DNA of 63,827 nt, the filler included, from Salisapilia sapeloensis CBS 127946 (lineage: Eukaryota; Protista; Oomycota), in assembly GCA_023334545.1 (NCBI GenBank). It is 4 parts of 4 records of this genome, joined end to end, with 100 filler letters (N's around TTAATTAATTAA, not from the genome) between each part and the next. Parts side by side here need not be neighbours in the genome. Positions count along the whole stretch, not along the records: positions 1 to 25,554 come from JAADVB010000247.1; 3 more parts are not named here. One strand, given 5' to 3'. The stretch's first letter is position 1. Each line of letters begins with the position of its first letter. The notes under the pieces were generated by a model. The model was not told the DNA's origin, did no database searches, and worked only from the letters and a program-made list of their open reading frames with translations. Made by a program: the position numbers and the translations under genes. This document shows positions 1-13,913 of the stretch, piece by piece.

Positions 1-919
1 AAAGACATTTATGACTCGCACTGTACTCCGTCCCAGTAAAACAGCGAAGAGCTCAATAGCGCAAGTAAATCGAATGACACTTCAACCTGAAGGGCTTTGA
101 GGATACGCTCGACACGATTCCCGTCAAGACATGAAAGAGAAGTGGACAATATGTGTGGATAGGAATGCAAAGGTGAATATCAATATATTAGTAGAAGGAA
201 CCGCCAGAGACTGAGGTATTGGTTCCTTTTAAACTTCATCTATGTTTGTTTTCATACTGCCTTGAATGCCTTGTATACTACCGGATTATCCGCTCAATGA
301 ATGCGACCACAGCATTATACCAGAAAGAAAGTGTGCCACTGGCATAATAAATATTTTTCTCTATCATCTGAAATTTGTTTGCAAGCGACAATTCCCACAA
401 CTTCACCTTTCAAGAGGTGTAGGATGTGATACAACTATGTGCCCAGATTTATTCATGTTTAGGTAGAAGTTCCTTGGGTAATTTTATGGAAACAGCATCA
501 GTACATAATGGTGCCATTGTGGATGGAATCGAAAACACAAGCGTTTATCCATTCTACATGATTACTTTTTAAACACTGGATATGATCTCACCTCTTTCGC
601 CTATTCTCTATTTCCCATGTGATACAAAGATAGACATTGCGTCGTCTCCAGCTCACCCCAATGTTTCTTGTGTATCTCACATATCTAGTCTATTCTTCAA
701 ATTCTCGTCCAATTTCCACGTCAGCTATTGCTTTCGCCATCGTATGCATCAAAATTGTATTCTTGGCATGATGTCACTGCAAGACAACGGCTAGCTGACA
801 AAGACTGCATAGGCTACACTTCCTTTACCATACCTTCAAGAAGGTAAAGATTAATATATTGTGGTCATTAGAAGCAGAAGTATCCACAGATAATAAAACG
901 TAAGAAGAAGTTGCTACAT

Positions 920-3900
920 TCAAGTACGATTGAAAAGATGTTCCAAAACTATCTCGTGACTGGTAATTGTTGTGCCGCCAAGAACGATCTGGACGGTCGA
1001 GTTGTCACCAACAGCATCGCGCACTTGTCGTATCTATTGACACCAATACAAGTAAGCAACCATTAAGTCATATCGAAAGCGTATCATAGCAAACCTCTTC
1101 AAAGGTAATGCCACCAACTACAAACAGGAACAAGATGTTCGTCTCTGCTATCTTGGCGCTGTTCGTACTACCAGCAAGACGATCGGCAGTGCCTGCCATG
1201 TCAAAGCCAAATCGACTAAAGCCACTCTTTAACAAATCAATCCCAGCTCTTGTGAGTTGTTCCGAAGCATCCACGACCTATGCCACAGTCATAGTATCAG
1301 CATAGATTTACAGCAGATCGTTATAGTAGTAACTTTTACATGCTCCAGGTCTGGTACATGTGGTCGCATTGGGTTGATGACAGACAAACATATGTGGGCG
1401 AGAAGTCCTGTGGGATTCTCACTATCACCTAGTGCTAATGCATCGCTCTCAGCCTTGGCACACAGTTGTGAGCATTCCTACAGCGTGCACATTAACAGCG
1501 TAAGTACCACGTAGTAAGAGCTTGTATCACAATACTTACTTTAAGCGTCTTTATCATTTGCATGACTATCGGGGTTACAATCGCTTCCACTTGTACTGCA
1601 TCGCGTTGGACTGACGTAGCTGCTGCCGCTTGAGGAGATGCCACTGGGCTCATAGGGTCTTCCCATCCCCACTCATCTCCTTCTTCATCTGAGAATGTTC
1701 GCCCAGATGGAACGTTCGACAATGTCCTAACTCCACATGCATCTATACTATCTACTGCTTCGTCCGGGAACAGCCCTCGTAGTAACTCTGGATCTTTCGC
1801 TCCAATCTACATTTTCTAGACGTTAATAAAAGCTTTAGAAACTTTAAATAAAGTGACACTGACCTCTGTAAAGAGTCGAACGAGTGCTTTGCCCACGATT
1901 TCCATCGTATAATCTTCGATTTCAGGTCCAGAAGACACTGCAAAGGCATGTACTAGCATCGAAAGTAGTTGTCGAATTTTATCCTTGCCTTCTTCTGCCT
2001 GTAATGGTACGTGACGTTGGAGATAATCCACTGCATCTGGAACGATCCATTCCTTTGCATCTTTTTGCATCAACTGGATATGTCGTAGGACTCTTGAACG
2101 ACCTTCATCCCACCCACTCTGCTGTCCTTCCATACGTTCCAAAGCTTCTAATACAATCAACGCCATCTCCATTATCGAGGAATAAGTATAGATCGCAGGC
2201 TCTCCTGCTTCTAAAATCGTCTGCACACGACGCAGCACGACGTCTCTACCTCGCGTGCTTGGTTTAGGCTGTCCAGGCTTTCGAGAAATTGGTTTCTTTT
2301 GAACTTTCTGTGCCTGCGTCAGCTCTCGCTCGGCGTATTGTAGCTTCCGATCAACGTCACGTAACGCCATCTTTGGTGGCTTGAACACAAGTGAGCGCAA
2401 GAGTTCGATGCCAGCAGCTTGGCGTGAAGGATGGAGAGTGGCGCCACCATCGTATTGGACGGATTGAAGGAACGAAGAGCTGGCATAGTGTTTGGATGCT
2501 TCAGGATGAACATTGTTGTCTAGACTGATCAAGGGCGTTGGACGACACCCGTGCATGGGGTAGATCTCTGTTCGAGATAGATCCGAACGGTTCTAAAAAG
2601 AATATGTGAGATGTCATGTTGTAAAGGGTGTATCAAATGTGAGTATACAGTTGTGGAAGAGATATTGCTAGTAGAAGGCGTCTGCGGTAATAAACTGAGG
2701 ATCTTGTCGACCAAAGAGGAGCCGAATGAATTGGGAGATGCCAGATCAGCCGTTCTAGAACGTCGTTAATGCTGCGGTTAGTTTGCTGTAAAAGTAGAGA
2801 AGATGTCTATGATGACGCTACCTATCGACAAGAATGACAGACGCTTTTGTTTCATCTGGAGTGGTGTATACAGCAGACTCTTCTCGACTTTCGTTTAAGA
2901 TGCGCAGCTATTTACATAGTAAAGTGAATGTGAATGACTAGACTTGTTGCAAGGTCTGTATAACATCATCGTACGAGTGTGTGTCCGATCTTGAGTGACG
3001 TTCCGCCCATAGTGAAGATGTTTTCACGGACGTCTAGTCTCATTTGAGTGACTGTGTCGGCTAGTACATGAGCTAGTAGTCTTAATGAGCGTCGGAATGT
3101 CGATGGAATGTCGTCTGGAGGGACTTCATTCACATGAGAATACCGCACTGCTGGAGGAAGGTGGCTTAAATCTTCTTCTCTGCCGTGATGTACACCTGCA
3201 GAAGACTTTGATGGCTCTGTAAGATGACTGAGCATCAACGGATACACTGAAGAGCATGAAGGGTGACTGAGAATAACTATCGAAGGTGTTGAATCGCCTG
3301 CACTTTGGAGAGGGGAAGTGGAAGGAGACAACAACGTAGAGTAATGGAGCGGAAGATGAGATATATGGATCTGCATCTTGGACGTATTGGCATTTGTAGC
3401 GTCTTGATGGAGCATTTGATCCAGATTGCCATCCTCTTCCCATCCCCATTCATCCTCCGCAGTAGACGCAGCAGTCACTTGGGGTACGAGGTCTTGTAGC
3501 ATGGAAGCGAAGTGGTCGAAGCACATTTGAACCACTGGTCCTCGGAATGGATAGCATTCATGTGCATGCTCTGATAGACAACTTAGAATGGATATACGTC
3601 GAGCTATACGAAGCTGGACGAGAGTTCTTAAGTGTGTTTCGTAGTCCCATAAAAAACCCGAGACAAGCAGCACAAGATGCTCTATTTCTGATGCCGTGCT
3701 ATACTCATCATCTGAATCCTCCAGTCCAATATCAACAGTATCATCCAAAAGCTCTAGCAGGTCATCTTTGCGATCGAGACATGCCCAGACTTGATTAGCA
3801 TCCACGATTTTGGACACGTTAAAGTCACGAAGTAGCAGCGGAAGTGAATTCGACCAACGTAGGCTTTCTAATGCACCAGGTTCAGCTACAAGGCATCCGT

Positions 3901-3961
3901 TCTGAAAGTACTCAGCGGCCTGTAGGACTCCTCCCAAGAGCTCCTCACTCGGATCGATCAT
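920..3961 (-). CDS. SCFD2: Sec1/Munc18-family protein, SCFD2/MIP3-like (multi-exon)
   Basis: Minus-strand ORFs 2966-3961, 1816-2556, 1492-1722 and 1068-1274 join through short GT-AG introns. N-terminus has SM-like LVAEPGALESLRW; C-terminus has the Sec1 signature LFLFVVGGITFEE, then a last exon IRQVRDAVGDNSTVQIVLGGTTITSHEIVLEHLFNRT* with stop at 920. Confidence 0.75.
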
Positions 3962-4246
3962 TTCGTGTCAAATTCGTTGTCAGCTAGTTAATTCCAAATG
4001 ATTAGGAACGAATTGTCAAGATGGACGAATCAGAGCACTTCAAGGACGTAAAACCGCTGTTTTGATCGTCTGGCCTACAACAAAATCTGACAAGCAAACG
4101 CAGACGGAGGTGCGAGTAGCTTTCGAAACACTTAGTGCAGGTTTTTAGCATCTTCATACGCTTTCTTTTGCATGCAATAACGCTATAGTCTTTGCTTACT
4201 AGGTGGGTTGACTATTTTCAGTATAAAACAATAAAATACGATCAGT

Positions 4247-6107
<1,861 letters not shown>

Positions 6108-6503
6108 ACTATCATGACCAATTGGCAATACGTTTTATATACTATATTCTCATTCTCGACTACACTAGTAAACAGATAGAGTAAAAAGATATGTAGAAGC
6201 ATTTTTCATGGTCCAAGCTTTGTAGCGACAGCAGGAACTCCACACATTAGCTTCAAGTTCATATTTGCCGACAACTACTACAATCTTGTGCTCAATTCCG
6301 AGCGCCTGTTTGCACAGACTAGCGGAAGAGCGACAAGAAGCTGTAGTAGAACAAACTCTCCGCCGCACAAGCGACATCGAGCGTGTATTCGGCACTGCTC
6401 AAATATCGAAATGGCTGGCCAGGAGCTTACACTTGAAAAATGTATTTAATAGATGTAAAATAATGATACAAATGTTGCCTATAAATCAGAATGCTTGTCA
6501 ATC

Positions 6504-8214
6504 ATGAAGCGTGCGATCGAGTCTGAGCACGAGAGACCGATAGCCAAGTCTCCTCGGAATATGAACGAAACGATTAGCTTGACAGAGACGGAGGAAAAGC
6601 TATTTACATTGCTGGAGCAAGTAGCTCAAGAATGTGGAAAACAAGTGACTTTGCGAGTAGCTGGAGGATGGGTACGGGATAAGCTGCTTGGTCGGCATAG
6701 CGACGATGTGGACATTGTGCTCGATACCATGAGTGGCAAGGCCTTTGCAGATGCTGTAAATCAGTTTGAGCAGCGTCATGGGTATGACCAGCATGCAGTG
6801 GGTGTGATTAAAGCGAATCCGGATCAATCCAAGCACCTGGAGACCGCGACGATGAAACTTGGGAACGGACTTGGATGGGTCGATTTCGTCAATCTCCGTA
6901 GTGAAACCTACTCTGATGAGCATCGTATCCCAGAAATTGTAGATGTATTCATTTAAACGTACGCGAGATAGTCGACTGAGGATACTTGTAGACATTTGGG
7001 ACACCACTGCAGGATGCCGAGCGAAGAGATTTTACCATGAATAGTTTATTTTACAACATCGCAGAGAAGAAGATTGAGGATTTCACTGGCAAGGTACTGT
7101 CTAGCTTTCTAAGATGCTAGGATTACGTTTATTGATGTGTCGTAGGGACGAGATGACCTGGCACATGGACTGATGAGGACGCCACTCGAGCCTCGCACGA
7201 CGTTCTTAGACGATCCGTTGCGTGTGCTTCGAGCAGTTCGTTTTGCTGCTAGATTTGACTTTACCTTGGTGGACGAGCTACAAGAAGCTGCCAAGCTAGA
7301 CGAAGTAAAGGACGCACTAGGTAGGAAAGTCAGTCGAGAGCGTGTGGGGAAAGAAGTGTTAGGAATGGTCACAGGCACATCGGCGCATCCGGTCGAAGCA
7401 ATGAAGCTTTTGACAGACCTGCAGCTATGCTCTACCATCTTCTTGCCTCCTCAAGAGCTATCTGTTTTCCATGAGTCGGCACCAAAGGTGGCAGTGAATC
7501 TACAGGAAGAGATGTGGACAAAAGGACAGTTGGCATCTAGGAAGATGCATGCGTTAATCATAGAGAGGGATGGTGGAGACGTAGATGTGAATGCTCTGGA
7601 GGAGGATGCGTTGCAGGAATGGAAGTTGAGGATGCTAAGTGCCTATCTCCTTCCTCTGCGAGGCTACTACATCACAGAAAAGAAAAAGAATGTTCACTTG
7701 CCGTACGTTGCCATCCGAGACGCACTCAAATTGAAGACAAAGGACGCTGAGCAAGTAGGAAACGTCATTTTGGGTCATGTCCTGGATTTGGCGTCTCTCA
7801 TTAAGGATACTGCGTCCTACAGTCGAGTCAAAGTGGGTCTTATGATTCGATCGATCGGTTCTTTATGGCCACTAGTACGAGACGTTGCCATGACGGACGA
7901 ACTCGTGCAGTGTTCCAATCCGGAGGATCATGCTGCTATCTCCAGTCGGTATGAAGCATTCACACGCTTCGCCTCTGAGTCCAAACTAGACGATGTGTGG
8001 AACCTCCGCCCACTACTAAACGTACATCTATCTTTTTTGTCTATCTGTCATCTTCTTCTAATGCTTTTCGTAGGGAAAAGAGGTAACGAGTGAACTCAAG
8101 GTAGAGCGTGGTCCTCCTATCAAAGCCATGTTGGATCGTATCATCGAGTGGCAGTTGGCTCATCCGGACGGAACAAAAGACGAGTGCATTGCATACTTTC
8201 AAAGTCAAACATGA
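6504..8214 (+). CDS. CCA1: CCA tRNA nucleotidyltransferase (class II, poly(A) polymerase-like fold; multi-exon)
   Basis: LRVAGGWVRDKLLG, DVDI, KHLETAT, VDFVNLRSETY and FLDDPLRVLRAVRFAARF motifs; last exon ends IEWQLAHPDGTKDECIAYFQSQT*. Confidence 0.92.
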
Positions 8215-8231
8215 AGATGGATTCTTTATGC

Positions 8232-9284
8232 CTATAAAATGACACTAAATGCATTGCGTTTATGACCTTGTCGCACTTTCACTTGTGGAAACGTCCCGCT
8301 GGTATTGCTCTTTGGTGTGGCTTTTCGTAGACAAAAGAATGCGACTTTAGGCGAATTCTTGGTCTCGACGATTTGGAAACCGACAGCTTTTAAAATGTCG
8401 ACGAAACGTGCATATGTCATGAAAGTAGAGTTGGATAGACAGAGGAGGGGTAGCATGAGAAAGAGTAGTCCGTCAGACTCTAGGTGACTGTGGTATAGCT
8501 GAAGCATTTCGCCTCGTTTCGATGCGTCAGGCACACAATTGATAACCTACGTAAGTACTACGATGAATAATGCAATTGGATGGTGTGTTGAGATGGTGAC
8601 GTACCATGCTGGAGACGACGACTTGGTAGCTTTGATTCGGAACGAGATTGAAGAAATCGATTTGTTCAATGCGTTCATTACGGGAGATGAGGTCGATTGC
8701 TCGTACGTTCATCCATGGACAGACCACAAGCTGCGTATTGATGGCTCCAACCTAACCTGCATTTCAGTATAGTTCATAGAGTAGACAAGGAGTAGGTAGA
8801 CCTCAAGGACGCGAAGTGGCGGTTGCTTTGATTTAGGTCGAAGGTCTAGCTTTGTAAGTAGCTGGAACACCCACTTGGATGTCTTATGGAGACTTGTGGA
8901 CAGAATACTATGGTTTTGAATGACATTTAGTACGCATGAAAGGATTGATTGAACTAAGAATGTGAAGTACCTAGCATCTTGATATGCCACTCGGCCGCCC
9001 ATATCATCTAATTGTTCCTGAATTTCATTTTCCTTTGCTTTCTTCTCTTCTGTACTAAGGTCCTTGTCTTGCTTTATGCTGTCCAATTCGTGTGTCAAGC
9101 GATGGAATGACGTAGTTAGTTGACGCGCACGTCTTCGCGATTTCTATTAAGAGCATAGTTAGACATGACATACCATATACTAGCACCATATGCATCATAC
9201 TATCTTCGGAGGGGCGATTGAAACTGGTTTGCGCTGCTTACGTTTACTCTTTTTCTTATCTTGCTTCTTTAATACTTCCGTCAT
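8232..9284 (-). CDS. BMT2: 25S rRNA adenine-N1 methyltransferase, BMT2/DUF3321-like (multi-exon)
   Basis: Spliced reading gives KSRRRARQLTTSFHRL...MGGRVAYQDAS...TSKWV...LRVLEVGAIN...AIDL...EQIDFF...SMVINCVPDASKRGEML...LFLMLP, the typical order of BMT2 motifs. First exon MTEVLKKQ starts at 9284. Confidence 0.85.
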
Positions 9285-9665
9285 GGTGTCCAATCGACTC
9301 TGTTCCTTGTTACGACGTCCTCAAGTGTTCTCGTGGATAAAATCAAAGCCGAAAGTCTTATATGTCGCTACGCAACTGCCTTTCGAAACTCTAATCGAAT
9401 ACAGCGTACACAAGTGCGCAGTAGAAGACTATGAAGTAGCTAGTGTGGCCAATCTCGACTTTGTGTCAGCTTTTGTGTCCATCAACCATTTTATTGGTGG
9501 AAAATGAATTTCCTAGTTGGAGCTATAATTTAGCTATATCGGAGCTACTTTGCTTGAGTCGCCAGGTAGATCATGTACGCGAAGAAATCTAGGAAGTAGA
9601 AAGCCCAAAATGATATTATATGCAGCCGATAGTCATATTCGAAGTACAAGTAGATAGATTGCAGT

Positions 9666-12236
9666 CTAATATCCTTCTAGGTAGCGGTAACCTTTCCAGT
9701 CTCGAGGTGTCTCGTAGTTGTTTTCTTTCAATACATTCATGAGCATCTTGCAAGGTCCATCTTGTGGACGAATCTGCTGCGCATGCATCAAATAGTGTCT
9801 TGCTTTTCCCCAGTCGCCTCCGAGATAAGCTTCGACAGCACAATTCGCTGCCTCTAGGAATGCAGGTTCGAGTCCTTCTCGGATCTCCATGTACTCTGCA
9901 TCGCTTGCAAAGTCCACAGGCTGTTGAAGTCCAGTCTTCGAGTCGATATGTGGTGTGCCAAATCCTTTCTTTGGTACGGTCACATCAAAAGTGTAGACAG
10001 TCAGAGGTCTGTCGACACCGCGGACGCTAATGCGATCCATCTTGCGTAGAAACTTACGAGCAGCAGGAGACAAGAGGGCAGCTAACCAATGTGAAATGTT
10101 GATTGGCGTCCCGAATATCTTTGATCCAGCTTCCAGCCGATCTGCCATTTCCACATGAGGCGATATGTACGTTGCGTCGATCTTAAACCGGGAACCGATC
10201 GCTCCTTCGACCGCCCACCCGACATGCATCCCAAAGCCCATTTTGATCCGAAAGTTGGGTCCAAAACGCTTAATAACTGCTTCATGTTTCAAATACTCGG
10301 ATAGTGTTCCGCTCGTATTTGCATTATCGAGGTCAATCATGCATTTAATGAAGGCTGTGAGAGCACTATCCGCCATCTCCGTCGGCGTGACTCGTCTCAA
10401 TTTGGTGCCAGCACCAGCATTAGGTGGACAAAGCACGCTCTCATTCACTTGTTTCCTGTCCTCTTCCGTCGGACTGTCCGTGAATCTAGAAAAATGAGGC
10501 ATCTCGCCATCGCATATCTTCCAAGAGAGCAGAAACGCATCACCAACATTTTTATTGGCCATGCCATAGTAGTGATGTGTGCCCGAGTGCATAATATCGC
10601 CAAGTTTGTTCACATAGACCATCACTTCTTCCTGTAAACACTCTGTCGTATCCGTGAACTGCCGAATATCACAAAAGCCGTAGATGGCTGTAATCTTCTT
10701 GCCAGGCAGCATTGGGTCCAGATCTCCAGAGCCCATGTTCTTACCAATAATGTCACCACCAGCAGCTCCAAAGCCAACTTGCATGAGTCTACCAACTTTT
10801 GACAAAGTAAGCTCGAGCAGAGCAGTTTCCAGTCCTTCTTCCTTTGCATCTCGACGGATCTGCTCTTCATCTCCTGATAACTGCACAGTGGCAAGCGGGT
10901 TCGCTGCCAAGGTTTGAACGACGCTCATCATACGCTCGATTGGCTCCAGCACTAAAATGCGTGCTGTACGAATGAACATTGTCGATGCAAGCACCAATAC
11001 GACGATGATAAAAGATGTCTTGATCATGTTTAATACTGCGCCTTCTCTGCTCGTTTCCTGAATATCAAAGACTGCAATACTCAAGCATTCGCTGTTTTCA
11101 TCACCACTGTCTGTAGCAATTAAGCTGCTGTTGTAGCAGCCATATGCACGGACGACGTTGGTTTCGACGTCCCGGTAATCTTCATACATTAAATCGTAAT
11201 CTGAATAGACATGCGTTGCTTTCCAGCCTGTAGTCGGGTTTACAGCAAGGCTGTACTCACGACCAGGCTCGTCTTCTGGTTGAAAGCGAACCTTTTCAAT
11301 TTCACTCCCTACCAGCTCTTTCGAGCAATTCGTTAGGTCGAGATAGATTAAGCTTCCCGTATCTCGAACAAATTCTCGAAACAAAATATCAAATTCGTAC
11401 GACTCGCGTGGTACCATGCCAGAGGAAATCGCGAAATGCATGCTTTCAAGGCCGTACTGCTGGAATCTGTACTCCTCTTGCGAATAGCCACCATCAAAGA
11501 TAGGTAAGAGCATTATGAGAAACAGGACGAGGACGACAACACGTTGAATGGTAACTTCGCCCATTCGACTACCAACTTTGCTTTCCTTCTGCTCTTGTTC
11601 TCCATTCAATTGTTGTTCTTCATCGCTTTGCTTTATCTTGAGAATTTTTACAACTCGAAACAATCGAACTGCGCGAACGACGCGCACAATCCGACCTGCT
11701 TTACTACCGGCTCTAGTCGCTTTACTTGCTTTTAAAGCGGAAGAACTTGTATTTGAGCCGATCATAGCTTCCCAAATCCACCCAATGTCTGGTAACACAG
11801 AGAAAGTCGCAATAAGATCGAGGACAAAGTAAAAGCTGAAAAGATAGTTCGGCTTTGCAATGCATGATATGAGGAACTCGAAGCTGAATAGGACGAGGCA
11901 GACACAGGCAAGTGCGTAAAACGTATCATCAGCAGGTTTGCTGAAAAGACTTAGGCGAATGTCATCTCCAAAGAGTGCGTAAATGGTTACAACTAGCATA
12001 AGCATGGTAAACCAACGAGCTTCGAGTAAGACGAGCATCTTTTTCCGGAATGGCGAGATACGTTCGAGCTGTTCTGCAGAGAGCCCAAGTTTTGCAAGCT
12101 GCTTATTAAGCACGGCATTGCGTACTTGAACAAAATTACGGTTGGCACCAGGATCGGCAGGTGGTAATTTCGGCGTCAAGGAGGATGGCTGCTTCGCCGC
12201 CACCTCGGGAGAAACGCGATGGTTCGTGCCACCCAT
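9666..12236 (-). CDS. Ion-channel/voltage-sensor-like domain fused to class III adenylyl cyclase with C-terminal TPR-like tail
   Basis: Single-exon ORF; first ATG is MGGTNH at 12236. TM helices with an S4-like RIVRVVRAVRLFRVVK; cyclase motifs GFCDIRQF, NKNVGDAFLLSW and GFGMHVGWAVEGAIGSRFKIDATYISPHV; terminal AVEAYLGGDWGKA...DGPC...WKGYR. Confidence 0.88.
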   Translation of the reverse strand: MGGTNHRVSPEVAAKQPSSLTPKLPPADPGANRNFVQVRNAVLNKQLAKLGLSAEQLERISPFRKKMLVLLEARWFTMLMLVVTIYALFGDDIRLSLFSKPADDTFYALACVCLVLFSFEFLISCIAKPNYLFSFYFVLDLIATFSVLPDIGWIWEAMIGSNTSSSALKASKATRAGSKAGRIVRVVRAVRLFRVVKILKIKQSDEEQQLNGEQEQKESKVGSRMGEVTIQRVVVLVLFLIMLLPIFDGGYSQEEYRFQQYGLESMHFAISSGMVPRESYEFDILFREFVRDTGSLIYLDLTNCSKELVGSEIEKVRFQPEDEPGREYSLAVNPTTGWKATHVYSDYDLMYEDYRDVETNVVRAYGCYNSSLIATDSGDENSECLSIAVFDIQETSREGAVLNMIKTSFIIVVLVLASTMFIRTARILVLEPIERMMSVVQTLAANPLATVQLSGDEEQIRRDAKEEGLETALLELTLSKVGRLMQVGFGAAGGDIIGKNMGSGDLDPMLPGKKITAIYGFCDIRQFTDTTECLQEEVMVYVNKLGDIMHSGTHHYYGMANKNVGDAFLLSWKICDGEMPHFSRFTDSPTEEDRKQVNESVLCPPNAGAGTKLRRVTPTEMADSALTAFIKCMIDLDNANTSGTLSEYLKHEAVIKRFGPNFRIKMGFGMHVGWAVEGAIGSRFKIDATYISPHVEMADRLEAGSKIFGTPINISHWLAALLSPAARKFLRKMDRISVRGVDRPLTVYTFDVTVPKKGFGTPHIDSKTGLQQPVDFASDAEYMEIREGLEPAFLEAANCAVEAYLGGDWGKARHYLMHAQQIRPQDGPCKMLMNVLKENNYETPRDWKGYRYLEGY

Positions 12237-12610
12237 GTCCGAGTTGACCACGAAGATACACTTTATCAAATGTTATATAGAAGAGAATCCCCTTGCTGCC
12301 TACCGCTCGATAATGGGAGGTTGGAAGAGGCGTGCAGTCGTTTCAACTTCGACAAACTGCTCCACACCTGAAATAGGTGTTTCGCTCCTTCAGCTTTCTT
12401 ATGCTTCCAACACGTCGCACCAGTACATCATTTATACGTCGAACATCTTCCTTGACAGCTATAATACACACATCGCATGAAACAAACAGATAAATTGGTC
12501 ATGAAGGAAGTATGATGGAGTGCCAAGTGCGACTTGATCTATAGGTAGAACCTATAATATAGGATAATGTAGCCACTTTCTCATCCAACCAACTGAAATC
12601 ACACTTAAAG

Positions 12611-13789
12611 ATGATCAGTAGCGAGTCAAGCGAGGATGAGGCTGCTCCTGCACCTCGTACTCAAGTAAAGCCTGTTGCACCAACTCCAGCAACTACTTCC
12701 ACTGAGCAAGGCAAGAAAGTGAAGGAGCGCAATCGCGAAGAGAAGAAAATTAGACGTGACAAGAAGCGAAAGGAGCGAGAGGAACAGCGACAGCAGGAGC
12801 TTCAGCAAAAGCAACAGGAACGCGCTTTGAAGAAGCAGCATATTGATAGCAAAGCAGGTCGCAATTGCACTCTCAGTCTTGCAGTCCCTGGGTCGATCTT
12901 GGACAATGCACAGACAAAGGAGCTAAAAACGTATTTGGCAGGACAAGTAGCTCGTGCCTGTGTCGTCTTCCAAGTAGACGAAATTATCGTGTTTGATGAT
13001 CAACTCGGCAACAAGAAAGCCAATGCCACGACAACAGAACAAAAGCGCTCTGCACATGATTGTCATACGTTTTTCTTACGCATCCTCCAATACCTTGATA
13101 CACCACAATACCTTCGTCGAGCACTATTCCCCATGCATGCAGACTTGAGTTGTGCTGGATTACTCAACCCGTTGGATGCTCCGCACCACGTCAGAGCTCA
13201 CGAGTGGAGTCCATATCGTGAAGGTGTGGTGTCGAATCGCCAGGTAAAAGGTGACGCCGACGCTTGCCTCGTTAACGTCGGCTACAAGACCGAAGTGGTA
13301 GTGGATAAACGGATTCAGTCCGGTGTTCGTGTGACAGTCAAGCTAGATGAGAGCACGAAGAATAGTAAAAAGATGCGAGGCACGCTAGTGTCGTCATCTG
13401 AGCCACGACAGGAGCTAGGAACGTACTGGGGATACAATGCTCGTTTCGCTTCGTCATTGCAGCAAGTGTGGCAGGACTGTCCTTTCGAAGGTGGTTATGA
13501 CCTTAAGGTTGGTACGTCCGAAAGAGGTCACGTATCCGTCGACGATGATGACTTCACTCTTCCAAGTTTCCATCACGCTCTCATTGTTTTCGGTGGTGTT
13601 GCTGGTATTGAAGAGTGTGTGAATGCAGACGAGTCGATTCATGTGAGTGGAGACGACTCACACACGCTGTTTGATATGTGGGTGAATACCTGTCCAGCGC
13701 AAGGCAGTCGTACGATTCGTACGGAGGAAGCCATTTTAATTTCCATGGCTTCTCTCCGTCCGCATCTCAAGATAAACGGCATTAAATAA
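12611..13789 (+). CDS. SPOUT1: SPOUT-domain methyltransferase, C9orf114/SPOUT1-like
   Basis: TLSLAVPGSILDNAQTKELKTYLAGQVARA, YLDTPQYLRRALFP, LLNPLDAPHH, LKVGTSERG and TCPAQGSRTIRTEEA motifs; basic coiled N-terminus. Confidence 0.92.
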   Translation: MISSESSEDEAAPAPRTQVKPVAPTPATTSTEQGKKVKERNREEKKIRRDKKRKEREEQRQQELQQKQQERALKKQHIDSKAGRNCTLSLAVPGSILDNAQTKELKTYLAGQVARACVVFQVDEIIVFDDQLGNKKANATTTEQKRSAHDCHTFFLRILQYLDTPQYLRRALFPMHADLSCAGLLNPLDAPHHVRAHEWSPYREGVVSNRQVKGDADACLVNVGYKTEVVVDKRIQSGVRVTVKLDESTKNSKKMRGTLVSSSEPRQELGTYWGYNARFASSLQQVWQDCPFEGGYDLKVGTSERGHVSVDDDDFTLPSFHHALIVFGGVAGIEECVNADESIHVSGDDSHTLFDMWVNTCPAQGSRTIRTEEAILISMASLRPHLKINGIK

Positions 13790-13913
13790 AACAAGCTCTC
13801 TCTAAACCTTGTTGAATATCCGAATTGAGTTCATCACCGAGTCAGCAAAGAATCCAATTTATTGTCGACGCTACTAGTATGTGCATAGCTATATTCTTTC
13901 CCAAGGAAGTAGT

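Noticed and set aside
1-830. Protein-like minus-strand snippets (e.g. GNRVERILKALQVEV)
   Set aside because: No consistent exon chain or family could be supported; possibly part of an unresolved gene.
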